A stretch of 64,000 nt of DNA. Origin: a virus. The DNA is taken from IMG/VR virus record IMGVR_UViG_3300032093_000012, positions 64,001-128,000 of that record, one strand, 5' to 3'. Below are positions 9,160 through 19,181 of this stretch, in pieces. The translations under genes and the position numbers were made by a program. Below the pieces are notes generated by a model. That model saw only the letters and a list, made by a program, of their open reading frames with translations. It did no database searches and had not been told where the DNA came from. Numbering within the stretch: the stretch's first letter is position 1; every line of letters starts with the position of its first letter.

Positions 9160-9848
9160 TTATCTCCAAGATCAAGAGCATCCTTCAACGACGGAAACAC
9201 TTCTGTAATTTGATACCAAGCATCAGTAGCAAGTTCACGATGTTCCTTCTGAGTCGAAGGGTCCATACGAACTTGACAGTAATGAATCCAGCTACGAAGA
9301 GAACCCTTCATGTACATGCGCGACATAGTAAGACCCTCAGGAAGCACGGCACGAGCCTGTTCCTTAGCGATATTATTCCATGATGCCCAGTTGTAAGCTT
9401 CTTGAGCAGCGTCAATAGCCTTCTGCTGCACTTCACGCCATCTTTCAGCAACAGTTGTTTTCTGATCCATGTCAATGCTGTTCTGACGGTTCTTTTCATC
9501 CTGCAAACGAGCTTCACGAGTAACGAAACCCATATCTTTAGTAGGATCAGCATAACGCTGACTGAACTCTTGAAACGAGAATGAACGATGACGAATAACT
9601 TGGCGTCCAATATCGCGAGTTGTATTGATCTCCATCACTACATCAACCATCTCAAATGGCGACCAATGTTTATGCTTTGCAAGATACTTCAACAGCTTTG
9701 GTGCAGTCAAAGTGTTATTTTGATTTGATGGGTTACTCACTCGAGCAACGTATGCAATGAACTCATCAACAGTAATATATGGTGCTTCGGGGTCATCAGA
9801 GGTACAAATAGTAGGCTGAGTAACGGCAATAATCTTAGCAGTATTCAT
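9156..9848 (-). CDS. thyX: FAD-dependent thymidylate synthase
   Basis: HWSPFE, RQVIRHRSFSFQEFSQRY, KEQARAVLP motifs. Confidence 0.96.
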   Translation of the reverse strand: MNTAKIIAVTQPTICTSDDPEAPYITVDEFIAYVARVSNPSNQNNTLTAPKLLKYLAKHKHWSPFEMVDVVMEINTTRDIGRQVIRHRSFSFQEFSQRYADPTKDMGFVTREARLQDEKNRQNSIDMDQKTTVAERWREVQQKAIDAAQEAYNWASWNNIAKEQARAVLPEGLTMSRMYMKGSLRSWIHYCQVRMDPSTQKEHRELATDAWYQITEVFPSLKDALDLGDK

Positions 9849-10108
9849 ATTTTAGTAGCTCCTTTAATAATCCATCCATCAATTTTATAATCATTACTTA
9901 GCCTTTTAACATGTTGCTGAGCTAAAGCAATGGCATCATCTCTATTTTTAGCGCGAACTTCTACTTCATGTAGATCATATAACATTCGTTCATATGGTTG
10001 AATAGTTACTTTATAGAGAGAAGTATTTTTATTTTTCTTTAACAAGTCTTTTAAATAACCAACTGGCTTGTTATTCCAGATATCTTCCATCTCAGCTTTA
10101 TTTAGCAT
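9845..10108 (-). CDS. Hypothetical protein
   Basis: Tightly packed ORF within the operon. Confidence 0.6.
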   Translation of the reverse strand: MLNKAEMEDIWNNKPVGYLKDLLKKNKNTSLYKVTIQPYERMLYDLHEVEVRAKNRDDAIALAQQHVKRLSNDYKIDGWIIKGATKI

Positions 10109-11148
10109 TATATTTTACTCCAACGTTGCAAAGCTAGTTTAGCTGCCAAATCACGATGTGTATTCTGTTTTATTATATACTCAATAAATTCAGATGACAT
10201 GCCTGCAAGGATCATATCGTTAATATCTTTATGTTCTAAGTTTTCAGGCCATATACATACTCTATAACCCTGCATGATAGCCTTATCTATCTTCTTAACA
10301 GTCTCCTTAGAGCGTGGTTCATTGTCATAGACGATAACTAGTTTATCTTTATCAAAAGTACGAAGAGCAGATACTAAGTCACCACCAGCCGTAGCAATTG
10401 AATTATTAACAAACATACTATCAATTGGACCTTCAAATACGTATACATCTTTATCAAACTTAGCACGCTCAAGACCATAGACTTTTGGTACTGAATCATC
10501 AAGGATGATAGTGATGTACTTAACGTTTGAATTGCCTAATGCTCTACCCTGATAAGCATGAACGTTCTTATTAGTATCTATAAAAGGTATGAGGAGTCTT
10601 GTCTCATCTCGCGCTAAAGAATCTTCATCAAACTTATTAGGAATTAAGTTGTTAGTAAAGTTTTTAAAGTTAGGACATGAAAAAAGTATAGCATGAAACG
10701 GGTTAGGTATCTTACGACTCTCAACAAACTTTTTAATTCTATGATCTGGAGAAAGTTGAGATACTTTCTTTAAGCCTTTAAGTGGACCCATCTTTGTAAA
10801 GATAGGCTTCTTCATCTTATCTACAAACGTTTCAAGTTCTACTTGTTCAGGTGTTTTATTATTTGAGAGACATTCCATCTTATACTCAGAGAAAAGCTGA
10901 GCATCTATCTTCTTAAGAAAGATAGGAAAATCAGAATGAGCATTACAGTTGAAACAGTGAAACTTATACTTACCAGACTCTTGATAGATCCAGCCACGAC
11001 TCTTTGATCTACTACGAACAGAGTCACCACACAGTGGACACCGGAAATTGTATCCGTTGTTTCTATGTTTAAACCTTTCAAGTCTGAAAGCAATTAGATT
11101 GATATATTTTTGATCTAGCCAATACGTAGCTTGCATTACATTATCCAT
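10108..11148 (-). CDS. DNA primase (T4 gp61-like)
   Basis: CPLCGDS...CFNC Zn ribbon, EGPIDSMF, YDNEPR, KDINDM TOPRIM motifs. Confidence 0.95.
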   Translation of the reverse strand: MDNVMQATYWLDQKYINLIAFRLERFKHRNNGYNFRCPLCGDSVRSRSKSRGWIYQESGKYKFHCFNCNAHSDFPIFLKKIDAQLFSEYKMECLSNNKTPEQVELETFVDKMKKPIFTKMGPLKGLKKVSQLSPDHRIKKFVESRKIPNPFHAILFSCPNFKNFTNNLIPNKFDEDSLARDETRLLIPFIDTNKNVHAYQGRALGNSNVKYITIILDDSVPKVYGLERAKFDKDVYVFEGPIDSMFVNNSIATAGGDLVSALRTFDKDKLVIVYDNEPRSKETVKKIDKAIMQGYRVCIWPENLEHKDINDMILAGMSSEFIEYIIKQNTHRDLAAKLALQRWSKI

Positions 11149-11200
11149 TATCAGTGTGCATGGATAAGATTATAACTAATTTAAGAAGCTAAGTAAATGC

Positions 11201-11587
11201 TTATTTTAAGATACGTAGGATTTTATCACTATGTGTGATAACAAATGTAATTACGGTGAATCCACCGATGTACATCCAGATATACTTCTCGAGTGAAGTA
11301 ATCTTGTTAGTTAGTATCTCGTGTTGTTTTGTAGATTCTTCTCTAAGTTTATGTATTTCTGTTATGATATTCTTATCTTCACTTCTCATCGTATCATACA
11401 CATCTTTCAATTTGATATCTGATTCTTCGCGACGTCTTTCAAGTATATCTTCGATAGATGACACGTGTTTCTCTGAGCTTTGAATTCTTTGTTCATGCAC
11501 AGCCAGCATCTTAGTGAGATCTATCTGTACATCTGCTAGTTTTTCTAATGTTTGCTCTATCCTATCGAGCCTTTTTTCTTCTATCAC
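11201..11587 (-). CDS. Conserved coiled-coil protein with C-terminal TM
   Basis: MLAVHEQRI coiled coil and hydrophobic tail, usual primase neighbour in T4-like phages. Confidence 0.65.
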   Translation of the reverse strand: MIEEKRLDRIEQTLEKLADVQIDLTKMLAVHEQRIQSSEKHVSSIEDILERRREESDIKLKDVYDTMRSEDKNIITEIHKLREESTKQHEILTNKITSLEKYIWMYIGGFTVITFVITHSDKILRILK

Positions 11588-11862
11588 TTTTCTAATTCTT
11601 TACGAGTTAGAATAGCTCTAAGCTTTTTCTTTCCTTTGACCCATGTAGCAGGATCATCACCTGTACCGGGAACACTTGGACCAGTAACATTTGCTGGAAC
11701 TGGCGAATCTTCTTTAATCTTTCCTACTGATGATTTTAACCAAGCTTTCTTGACAGCTTTATCGAGAGTCTTCTGAGCTGCAGCAGTCTTCGATGGCTTA
11801 CCTTCAAGCGCACGAGCTTTATTTACTTTACCAACTAATTCTGCAGAAATCTCGTTTATCAT
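11584..11862 (-). CDS. Small basic protein, possible internal head protein
   Basis: MINE/ISAEL start and IKE/D site resemble prohead-protease sites. Confidence 0.55.
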   Translation of the reverse strand: MINEISAELVGKVNKARALEGKPSKTAAAQKTLDKAVKKAWLKSSVGKIKEDSPVPANVTGPSVPGTGDDPATWVKGKKKLRAILTRKELEK

Positions 11863-12257
11863 CAGATCTTCCTTAATGCTTCTACAATCTTATTATCCAT
11901 TGGGACAACATCTGTATTAATTATTTTTTCTTCACCTACATTATATAATCTACTAGGTAATATATTTAATAATATCATAAAAGGTTTTAAACACTTTAGT
12001 TGCTCTCTCATCTTTAAGAATATTATCTTACATGCAATCTCAGGACCAAAAACATTAGATAATATAATTAAATGATTTAAGATCAATCTTTCTTTTAATT
12101 CACCGGTCTCTTCATACCTAGTTACTAACTTTTTAATATACTTTATTCTTTGCAAATCTTCTATAAATTCTTCAGTACTATGACATTGTTTATCATAATG
12201 CCTGGCACAAAATACAAAGAAATTATCATCAGTTATTTTTTCAATATTCATTATCAT
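11862..12257 (-). CDS. Conserved T4-like hypothetical protein
   Basis: EEFIEDLQRIKYIKKL...ERLILNHLIILSNVFG motif. Confidence 0.75.
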   Translation of the reverse strand: MIMNIEKITDDNFFVFCARHYDKQCHSTEEFIEDLQRIKYIKKLVTRYEETGELKERLILNHLIILSNVFGPEIACKIIFLKMREQLKCLKPFMILLNILPSRLYNVGEEKIINTDVVPMDNKIVEALRKI

Positions 12258-12262
12258 CTAAT

Positions 12263-12550
12263 TTAAAATGTACTTAATGCAACTCTCTTTATATTATTAT
12301 TAGATGTAGCTACATACAAGTACGTATTATCAAAAAATAAAGTACCGGCCTTTACTGTAAGAGAGGTACTATTTGCAGGTGTTGTTGTCTGTATAACAAT
12401 ATTGGCAGAAGAATTGCCAAGAAGATTAGAGACTTTAATAGTTTTTGTTGAAGGAGTCCCATCGGGGTCTTTCAATATAATGATTCTATCATTTGCTACG
12501 GCATTATTTGTCGTAGCTAACTCTGAAGTCTTCTTGGCATTATCTGTCAT
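12263..12550 (-). CDS. Putative virion structural protein
   Basis: Thr/Asn-rich; GTLFFDNTYLYVAT...KRVALSTF tail-fibre-like end. Confidence 0.55.
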   Translation of the reverse strand: MTDNAKKTSELATTNNAVANDRIIILKDPDGTPSTKTIKVSNLLGNSSANIVIQTTTPANSTSLTVKAGTLFFDNTYLYVATSNNNIKRVALSTF

Positions 12551-12562
12551 GTTAAACCGTTA

Positions 12563-13192
12563 TTAAGTTGTGATTGTCAATACTGCGTTTGAAGATACCT
12601 TGTTGTCTGCACCTGTTGCAGAAACTGTAACCTTGAAACTTGTATTTGTTGTTACAACACCTGAGTTTACAACTAAGTTTGCTGCAGTTGTTACACCAAC
12701 GTTGGCGCCGGCGCCGAGCGAATCGCCATTTGCATATGTCCACTGATAAGCAAGTGTTGCACCTGCAGGAACTGATGCAGCAACAACTCTAAACGTTGCC
12801 ATTCCAGCAGCAGATGTGTTAGCTGTATTTCCAAGTGGCTGTGTAGTAATTGTGATTGCATAGTCTGGGAATGCAGCATCTTCTGCGTCTCCAGACATTG
12901 AACCCATAGCTACAAGAACTTCGTGCTGGATACGACCTGCACGACCACCAGAACCTTCAATTCTGTTTACCCAGCCTGCATGAGCTGCACGATTTTCACC
13001 GTTCTGGCGAGTTGCTCTAATTTCTGATGTATCAACACCATACTGGCCAACAGTGATGCCTGTGATTAGAGCATCAGCAGTTGTGTTGCCAAAAAATGCA
13101 TTTCTATTTGCAGCGTTTGCTACTACTTTATAACCGCTAACGCCCCAAAGAACTGAGTTTGCTGCGCTATCGTCGTTTTTCCATTGTGACAT
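12563..13192 (-). CDS. Putative virion protein with C-terminal Ig-like domain
   Basis: HAGWV...GGRAGRIQHEVLVAMGS motif then ITTQP...YQW...SSNAVLTI. Confidence 0.7.
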   Translation of the reverse strand: MSQWKNDDSAANSVLWGVSGYKVVANAANRNAFFGNTTADALITGITVGQYGVDTSEIRATRQNGENRAAHAGWVNRIEGSGGRAGRIQHEVLVAMGSMSGDAEDAAFPDYAITITTQPLGNTANTSAAGMATFRVVAASVPAGATLAYQWTYANGDSLGAGANVGVTTAANLVVNSGVVTTNTSFKVTVSATGADNKVSSNAVLTITT

Positions 13193-13225
13193 TTAGATAT
13201 CCTCCTAAAATGTTTTTATTATTTA

Positions 13226-13432
13226 TTATTCTTCTATAATCATCATGTCTAAGAGATATTGTGACTTCTTACCAATCTTCTTTTCTTTACCATTAACAAT
13301 AAGGACTGGATCAGAAGGATTTCTTCTTTGGACGACAGCACGTTCACGCAAAGGTTTATTTACAGGTGCAACAGGAATTTCTTCCTGTTGCTCGTTAGAA
13401 GCTTGCTGCTGGTTAGCTATTATTAGAGGCAT
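13226..13432 (-). CDS. Hypothetical protein
   Basis: Fits between flanking genes with 1-nt overlap. Confidence 0.5.
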   Translation of the reverse strand: MPLIIANQQQASNEQQEEIPVAPVNKPLRERAVVQRRNPSDPVLIVNGKEKKIGKKSQYLLDMMIIEE

Positions 13433-14772
13433 TAACCACCAATCTCTTTTCTAAAAGCTTTTTCATGATCATCTTTTTCAGCAGGTGTTCTCTTTGAATG
13501 ATAACTATCTAAAAACCCTTGAGCCTTTCTATGTGGGATCTTTACTTTCTTATCACCGACGCTTACTTCAATATGACCAGTAACGGATGGCTTAGCATCT
13601 CTGATCTGTGCAGCAAGATTACTTTCTACCATATCACCTTCTGGCTCATATGAATTGTTCTGTGCTTGCTTACGAGCTTGATCTTTGATCTTATCTGCCT
13701 GAACAGTTGCTTTTGCTGTAATAGAAGCAGCTTTCATCTTCTGCTGTGCAGATTTTTGCGCTGACTGGACTGCATCTTCTGCAAATGTAGCAGCAATAGC
13801 ATCGAGTTTGGCTTGTTCTTCATCAGAAATACTTACTTCTTCATAAGTTTGCTTACCGCTGCCACCAACTTTAACATATCTTCCAATTATCTTGTTATAA
13901 GAAGTGCGAACACCTTGACTGCGATTTCTTGTCTTTCTGTTTCTATCAGCTTTCACTTCTGCAGAATCACCTGGCTCATGGCCCATTCTATGCTGCATAG
14001 CTTTTGTACGATAGCTCTTAAGAGTCGTATCAGAGATCTCGTCAACCTGCTCTACTTCTTCTTTTGCCATCTTATATGTGTGCTTCTCTGAGTTATCACC
14101 AAAACTGCCGCTTGTGTGTTTCTTCATGCTGACAACTTTATAACCCATCTTCTTGTGCTCTGCAGCTTTCTTTGCAGTATGCTGTGGAGAACCAGTGAAG
14201 ATTACTTCTTTCTCATCAATCTGCTCTACTTCTTCTTTTACTGGTTGTCCATTTTTATGAATTTGAGCTTTAGGATCTTTAGCTTTAATTTTCTTGTATA
14301 TCGAATGATTAGAAGTAATTGGATATTTTGAAATATGATAGATTTTATCAGTATCAGATTCTGTATTTCTAATAGAATAAGAGTCTGCTTCATCAAGTTC
14401 TACATCTTCTTTGCGAAGGAGTTTGAAATCATGAGCATCGATCTTACCATTCTTGTTCTTATCGATCTTATGCTGTTTGCCTTTTAGCTCTTCTTTTTTA
14501 ACTTTTTTATCGTCATCATCATCTGGATCTTTAATATCAGGCTTGTACTGTGGATTTACATCAACTTCAGTCTTGCCTTTAGCAATTGATTTTGCAGCTT
14601 CGATAACGGAATCAGGGATTCCAATTGCTTTATTGTTTAACATGTCTGGTTCCTCATCGATAATTTTCTTTTGAATCTGTTGTTGTTTATGATGAACTGT
14701 TTTTGGATCTTTAGTCCAAGGTCTAGCGACTATATCTCTAATCTTATTTTCTAAAGTTCTATAGTCTGCCAT
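13432..14772 (-). CDS. Charged prohead-core/internal-head-like protein with repeated EEVEQ(I/V)DE motifs
   Basis: Repeats EDVELDE, EEVEQIDE, EEVEQVDE; DKNKNGKIDAHDFKLLR motif; start reassigned to MADYR just after the dps stop. Confidence 0.65.
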   Translation of the reverse strand: MADYRTLENKIRDIVARPWTKDPKTVHHKQQQIQKKIIDEEPDMLNNKAIGIPDSVIEAAKSIAKGKTEVDVNPQYKPDIKDPDDDDDKKVKKEELKGKQHKIDKNKNGKIDAHDFKLLRKEDVELDEADSYSIRNTESDTDKIYHISKYPITSNHSIYKKIKAKDPKAQIHKNGQPVKEEVEQIDEKEVIFTGSPQHTAKKAAEHKKMGYKVVSMKKHTSGSFGDNSEKHTYKMAKEEVEQVDEISDTTLKSYRTKAMQHRMGHEPGDSAEVKADRNRKTRNRSQGVRTSYNKIIGRYVKVGGSGKQTYEEVSISDEEQAKLDAIAATFAEDAVQSAQKSAQQKMKAASITAKATVQADKIKDQARKQAQNNSYEPEGDMVESNLAAQIRDAKPSVTGHIEVSVGDKKVKIPHRKAQGFLDSYHSKRTPAEKDDHEKAFRKEIGG

Positions 14773-14774
14773 TT

Positions 14775-15212
14775 TTATGCCTTTATGATTGAACGAAGCA
14801 TCCAACCATGCTTCTCATGTGCTTCAATACGAGCTTGAATAATATTTGAAATACCAAACTTTTTAGCTTCTTCAGCTAGTTCATAAGCTTTATTTAATGA
14901 ATCTAAGACTTTTTCATTGTCATCTTTTAGTCTAGTCATCATTGATACAGCACTAGGTATAGTTGTCTCATCTTGAATAGATGTTAGTTCTTTGAATCTT
15001 GAGAATGAACCAGGAACATATATGTCAAGTGTACGAATGCCTTCGGCTATATTATCTACAGCTGCAAAGACTTCTTCATAAAGATCTTTTAAAAAAGAAT
15101 GATGTTGAGAGAAGTCTACTCCCTCAACATTCCAATGAAAATAATGAGCTTTTAAATAGAAAGCAAAAGTATCAGCTTGTGCTTCTTTTAAAGCTTGTTC
15201 TAACTCATCCAT
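14775..15212 (-). CDS. dps: Dps / ferritin-like DNA protection protein
   Basis: KAHYFHWNVEG.F...H, DNIAE.IR, HEKHGWMLRS. Confidence 0.93.
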   Translation of the reverse strand: MDELEQALKEAQADTFAFYLKAHYFHWNVEGVDFSQHHSFLKDLYEEVFAAVDNIAEGIRTLDIYVPGSFSRFKELTSIQDETTIPSAVSMMTRLKDDNEKVLDSLNKAYELAEEAKKFGISNIIQARIEAHEKHGWMLRSIIKA

Positions 15213-15477
15213 TCTTTGTTACCCTTGGCTTTTTTACTTTTGCAGCAACCTTAGTAGCTACAGCTTTTGTCTTTCTTGTTGTCTTCTTCACGACTTCAAC
15301 AGCATCAGCAGTATCAACCTTGCCATCTTGATTTACATCAGCAACTTTAGTTACTGCTGCAGCAGCATCAGCAGAATCTACCTTACCATCCTTGTTTACG
15401 TCGGCCTTTGGCCAAACATAGTACCAAAGAGCAAAACCAGCAATTGCAATTAATCCGAACCAAATGATATTATCCAT
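15205..15477 (-). CDS. Membrane-anchored protein with two EF-hand/dockerin-like loops and basic tail
   Basis: N-terminal TM; ADVNKDGKVDSADA and ADVNQDGKVDTADA. Confidence 0.7.
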   Translation of the reverse strand: MDNIIWFGLIAIAGFALWYYVWPKADVNKDGKVDSADAAAAVTKVADVNQDGKVDTADAVEVVKKTTRKTKAVATKVAAKVKKPRVTKNG

Positions 15478-15514
15478 TTTATTACTCCTTCATTATATTT
15501 GAGTTATATTATAT

Positions 15515-16828
15515 TTATCTTGAAATTTCTTCCCAGTCCATTGAAGCAAGACAACTGACTGTGTTAACAGAAGCTGCCACAGCGATTGTTATTGGCTCTG
15601 GAATACCTGTTAAACTATTTCTTTGCAACTGGAACTTAAACAACGCTTCTTTAAGAATGTCAATTGTTTGTGAAGCTTGGTTAGTGATACCAATATATCC
15701 TTGCGCTAGTACCTGACCACCACTTAAACCAGTGGCTGCTGTATCATACTCAACAGAACTATCGGCTTCACCCGGTGTCCAAGACGGAGATGTTAGGGTT
15801 GTCCCTCTATAGACTCTCCAAGCAACACTACATGGATTTGAGTTAAGTCCTAAAATAGACAAAGCTGTTAAGATAGCAATCCCATCTAGATGATCAGATT
15901 TAAGTCGTATAGAAACGATAGGATAATACGTTCCTGCAGTTGTTAATGTTTTGGGTGTTTGAACAGGCGTACCGATAGATCTTTGATCACCGCGTAGTTC
16001 ATATCCACCCTCACTAATAACAGTAGAACAAACTTGCTTCATTGTAGAATTGCTTGCAGTCGTTCCGGTATTTTTAATTTCATAACGTAAAGGAAGAGAA
16101 GCAGTTGTCATATATGTAGAATCAATATAATTGGCATGATGGAATGAGTGGCAATGAATTAACTGACCATCAATTACAAAACCACATCTAACTGTTCCAA
16201 GACCTAGCCACTCAACATCGTGAAATACGATCTGTGCTTTTGACATGTCCAAAGTTTTTTGTGATGGACTAGATTCAACACTACCTAAAAGTGTATCGAT
16301 ATTCCAATTAGCTTGTTCTGCTCTTGTTTCAACCAATGAACCATTTGACCATGAACGCTCTACCCATGCAATATTGGTTCCATTAGCTTCAAGATAAACA
16401 CCATTATTTGCACCAAAATAACCAACACGCTGACGAAGATTTGCTTTAGGCGCAGACATAACAACAGTATTTAAAATTTGTAAAGATTTGCCGGGTTGAT
16501 AAGAAAATACTTTCGTTGTCTCTCTAATAATTTCTTGATCAGCAGTAGTTCCAAGATTTAATTGAATTAAACCGGCATTTGCATTAAAAGAATATGTAGT
16601 TCCGGAAGTATTAGATGTAGACCATAAACCATTGTCTTTATAACGATGTGAAGAATCAAATAAAGTTAATGGCATTGATACTCTAGAACGACCAAACGCA
16701 TCAACAGCAACACCAGAAGGATTTGCTGGTCCAACCAAGTTTCCATATTGATCGGAAAGCATGACTACTTCAAATATAGTTTTTCCATCACCTAGATACT
16801 GATGAGTATCTTTTCTAAATTGTGCCAT
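15515..16828 (-). CDS. Putative virion structural protein
   Basis: DAFGR.RVS.P.TLFDS, YQPGKS, WLGLGTVRCGF, MTTASLPLRYEI; beta-rich, in a late gene cluster. Confidence 0.7.
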   Translation of the reverse strand: MAQFRKDTHQYLGDGKTIFEVVMLSDQYGNLVGPANPSGVAVDAFGRSRVSMPLTLFDSSHRYKDNGLWSTSNTSGTTYSFNANAGLIQLNLGTTADQEIIRETTKVFSYQPGKSLQILNTVVMSAPKANLRQRVGYFGANNGVYLEANGTNIAWVERSWSNGSLVETRAEQANWNIDTLLGSVESSPSQKTLDMSKAQIVFHDVEWLGLGTVRCGFVIDGQLIHCHSFHHANYIDSTYMTTASLPLRYEIKNTGTTASNSTMKQVCSTVISEGGYELRGDQRSIGTPVQTPKTLTTAGTYYPIVSIRLKSDHLDGIAILTALSILGLNSNPCSVAWRVYRGTTLTSPSWTPGEADSSVEYDTAATGLSGGQVLAQGYIGITNQASQTIDILKEALFKFQLQRNSLTGIPEPITIAVAASVNTVSCLASMDWEEISR

Positions 16829-17287
16829 TTAGCAATTCCACTTTCTCAACGCTTTGTTGATTCTTGAATCTGGATCATTAGCTGTTTTAGCTGATGTTAA
16901 TCTCTTCTTCATACCACCCATGCGCGCACAGAAAGATTTACGACGATTGGCTGCTTTACTTCCCTTCTTTAATTTAGAAGGTTTAGTAGTAACAGGAGCT
17001 TTTAAGTTACTGCCTGTTGTTCTATTATAATAGTCTCTACCCTTTTGTGTTAATCCACCAGATGGACTCTTATGACCCTTAGAATCTTCACCTACATTGT
17101 TACACCCACAAGAACAGTTTCCATTACACTCTTGGATTTCTTCTTCTTTTACTGGAACACAATTAGGAACTTTACGACCATTTTTCATCTTCATGCCAAC
17201 GGCCGTATAGCCTTTCCAACATGCATTTTTAAGATTGCCTGTTGGTTCTTTTACGCCTTCAAGGATTTCTCTTAATTTTCTAGCCAT
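16829..17287 (-). CDS. Basic conserved phage protein (DUF6321-like)
   Basis: CWKGY...VPNCV and GGLTQKGR...RRKSFCARM...SRINKALRKWNC motifs. Confidence 0.7.
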   Translation of the reverse strand: MARKLREILEGVKEPTGNLKNACWKGYTAVGMKMKNGRKVPNCVPVKEEEIQECNGNCSCGCNNVGEDSKGHKSPSGGLTQKGRDYYNRTTGSNLKAPVTTKPSKLKKGSKAANRRKSFCARMGGMKKRLTSAKTANDPDSRINKALRKWNC

Positions 17288-17315
17288 ATTAAGCTCCTAA
17301 CTTTTAATTTATTAG

Positions 17316-17323
17316 TATTTATA
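17316..17323 (-). promoter_or_regulatory. Late promoter TATAAATA
   Basis: tatttata in the intergenic gap. Confidence 0.7.
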
Positions 17324-17325
17324 AA

Positions 17326-17961
17326 TTAATCTGCTTGAGGCTTCTTTAGTGAATCTTTGACATGATTGAATAACTCTTTAGCATGTTCTTGACTTACATG
17401 AGAAGGTATTCCCTTTTTAAACTCTTTAAATTTATTAGAACGAGCATGCTCTCTCATCTTAGAAGCAGACATGCCTTCAGTACCCTCTGCATCAGGATCT
17501 CTTGCACCAGCAGATACGACATCGATCTTATGAAAACTAAATGGTATCTGACCAGACTTATTAGGTTTACCATTATAACGATGAAGAAGATCTTTATATT
17601 CTTGTACTCTGTCTTCACCTGCTACCATGATAAGATGATCATGACCTGCTTTGTTTAAACGCTGCGCATGGTGTATGAGTGTAGGTTCAGCTTTAGATGC
17701 AGCTTTAATATTAGTATTTGGAAAGAACCTCTTAGCATGCATCAATTTTTGTTCTGGTGTCAGTGGGTTCTTATCATTATCATGCGTAGCAGATAGCACT
17801 ACTTCATGGTGTGCTTTATGTTTATCAGCAAGTTCATGAACTTTATTAACTAATACTTCATGTCCAGTTGTAGGAGGGTTCATACGACCAAAAGAAAACA
17901 CGACAGGTTTCTTCGGTTTTGGTTGATCTTCTTCTACTATAAAATCTTTAAACTTCTTCAT
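17326..17961 (-). CDS. HxGH-class nucleotidyltransferase (phage cytidylyltransferase-like)
   Basis: FGRMNPPTTGH, KNPL, SAGARDPDAEG..GMSASKMR. Confidence 0.85.
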   Translation of the reverse strand: MKKFKDFIVEEDQPKPKKPVVFSFGRMNPPTTGHEVLVNKVHELADKHKAHHEVVLSATHDNDKNPLTPEQKLMHAKRFFPNTNIKAASKAEPTLIHHAQRLNKAGHDHLIMVAGEDRVQEYKDLLHRYNGKPNKSGQIPFSFHKIDVVSAGARDPDAEGTEGMSASKMREHARSNKFKEFKKGIPSHVSQEHAKELFNHVKDSLKKPQAD

Positions 17962-19162
17962 CTTTCTTCTTTCCGGCTATGGCACCATAACCAAGCAAGT
18001 TCATCTTCGAGAACTCAGAACGGTTCACGAACTTTGCCATGCTACCTTTATTATGTGCGACGAATCCTTCTGGTCCAGTCTTTTGACCAGCTATACTGTG
18101 TTCAAAGTCAGAGTGTTGTGACATGACACTAGTTAATGTATCTTTTGCTTTTTGAAGATGATGATGAAGCTCTAATACTTTATTAATATGTTCTTTATTA
18201 TCTTGAACATGTTGAAGTTTTTTTGCGAGAGCCTGCCTCTTTTTTTCTTTACCAGCATCTGACTTTAGTTTATCAATCTCTTTTTGATGTTTAGCAGTAA
18301 GATGATCCATGTAGCCTTCATGCGAAGGCTTTCCATCTTTACGAACCATGTCGTTAACATGGCCTTCTAAATCTGCCTCGTGACCCTTAATAGCATCAAA
18401 AGCTTCTGGCTTCATTTTTGAATAAGTCTTCTTAGCATTCTCCATATGATTCATGAATTCTTTTTGTTTATCTGGAGTGTACTTAGAAGAATCAAACTTA
18501 ACTGCTGGATCAATATTATGTACATCAGGGTGATGGGAGAAGTTTTCACGATCAACATGAGGTGTAGCTTCCATATCCTCTAGTTGTTTACCCTTGTACT
18601 TTGTATGTACTACTAAACCAAACTTTGCATGTCTGATTGCCTGACCATGATGAGTATCACGATCTACTGAATACTTTACTGTGTTTGGCTGGAAATGAAA
18701 TTGACCTTTATCACTAGTCACATCTTTTTTTCCAGAGTGCATGACATCACCTTGATATACACCATTTTTAGGTGCTATCTTAGGGAGATGTTGCAAAGCA
18801 TGTTTTAGCTTCTCTGCTAATCCGGGTGCATGACCATGATTATCATCGATGTCTTTATCAGTGTAATTTATTTTAGGATTCTTATTGAAAGCAGACTTAG
18901 ATGCAACAAAGAAACGACCATTCTTTGGATGATAACCAAAAACAATAGATGGTGCACCATCATATTTAGTTGAGATATGTGTGTCTGTCTTTTTACCAAG
19001 CAAAGCTTTATGCGCATTATCCAGCATCTCACCAGCTGCAGATACACCTTCATGACCACCATGTATTGGCATGTCTTCAAGGTGTGTGAGATGTTTTAGT
19101 TTCTTACCAGAACCAGATTCATCTGTTTCTTCTGTCAAGAATATGTTGAAAGATAATACCAT
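17948..19162 (-). CDS. DUF6267-like protein with ligase-type nucleotidyltransferase motifs
   Basis: HLTHLED; STKYDGAP (KxDG), YQGD, PEGFV, AKFVNR.EFS. Confidence 0.7.
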   Translation of the reverse strand: MVLSFNIFLTEETDESGSGKKLKHLTHLEDMPIHGGHEGVSAAGEMLDNAHKALLGKKTDTHISTKYDGAPSIVFGYHPKNGRFFVASKSAFNKNPKINYTDKDIDDNHGHAPGLAEKLKHALQHLPKIAPKNGVYQGDVMHSGKKDVTSDKGQFHFQPNTVKYSVDRDTHHGQAIRHAKFGLVVHTKYKGKQLEDMEATPHVDRENFSHHPDVHNIDPAVKFDSSKYTPDKQKEFMNHMENAKKTYSKMKPEAFDAIKGHEADLEGHVNDMVRKDGKPSHEGYMDHLTAKHQKEIDKLKSDAGKEKKRQALAKKLQHVQDNKEHINKVLELHHHLQKAKDTLTSVMSQHSDFEHSIAGQKTGPEGFVAHNKGSMAKFVNRSEFSKMNLLGYGAIAGKKKDEEV

Positions 19163-19181
19163 TTTAAATCCTGTTTTATTA

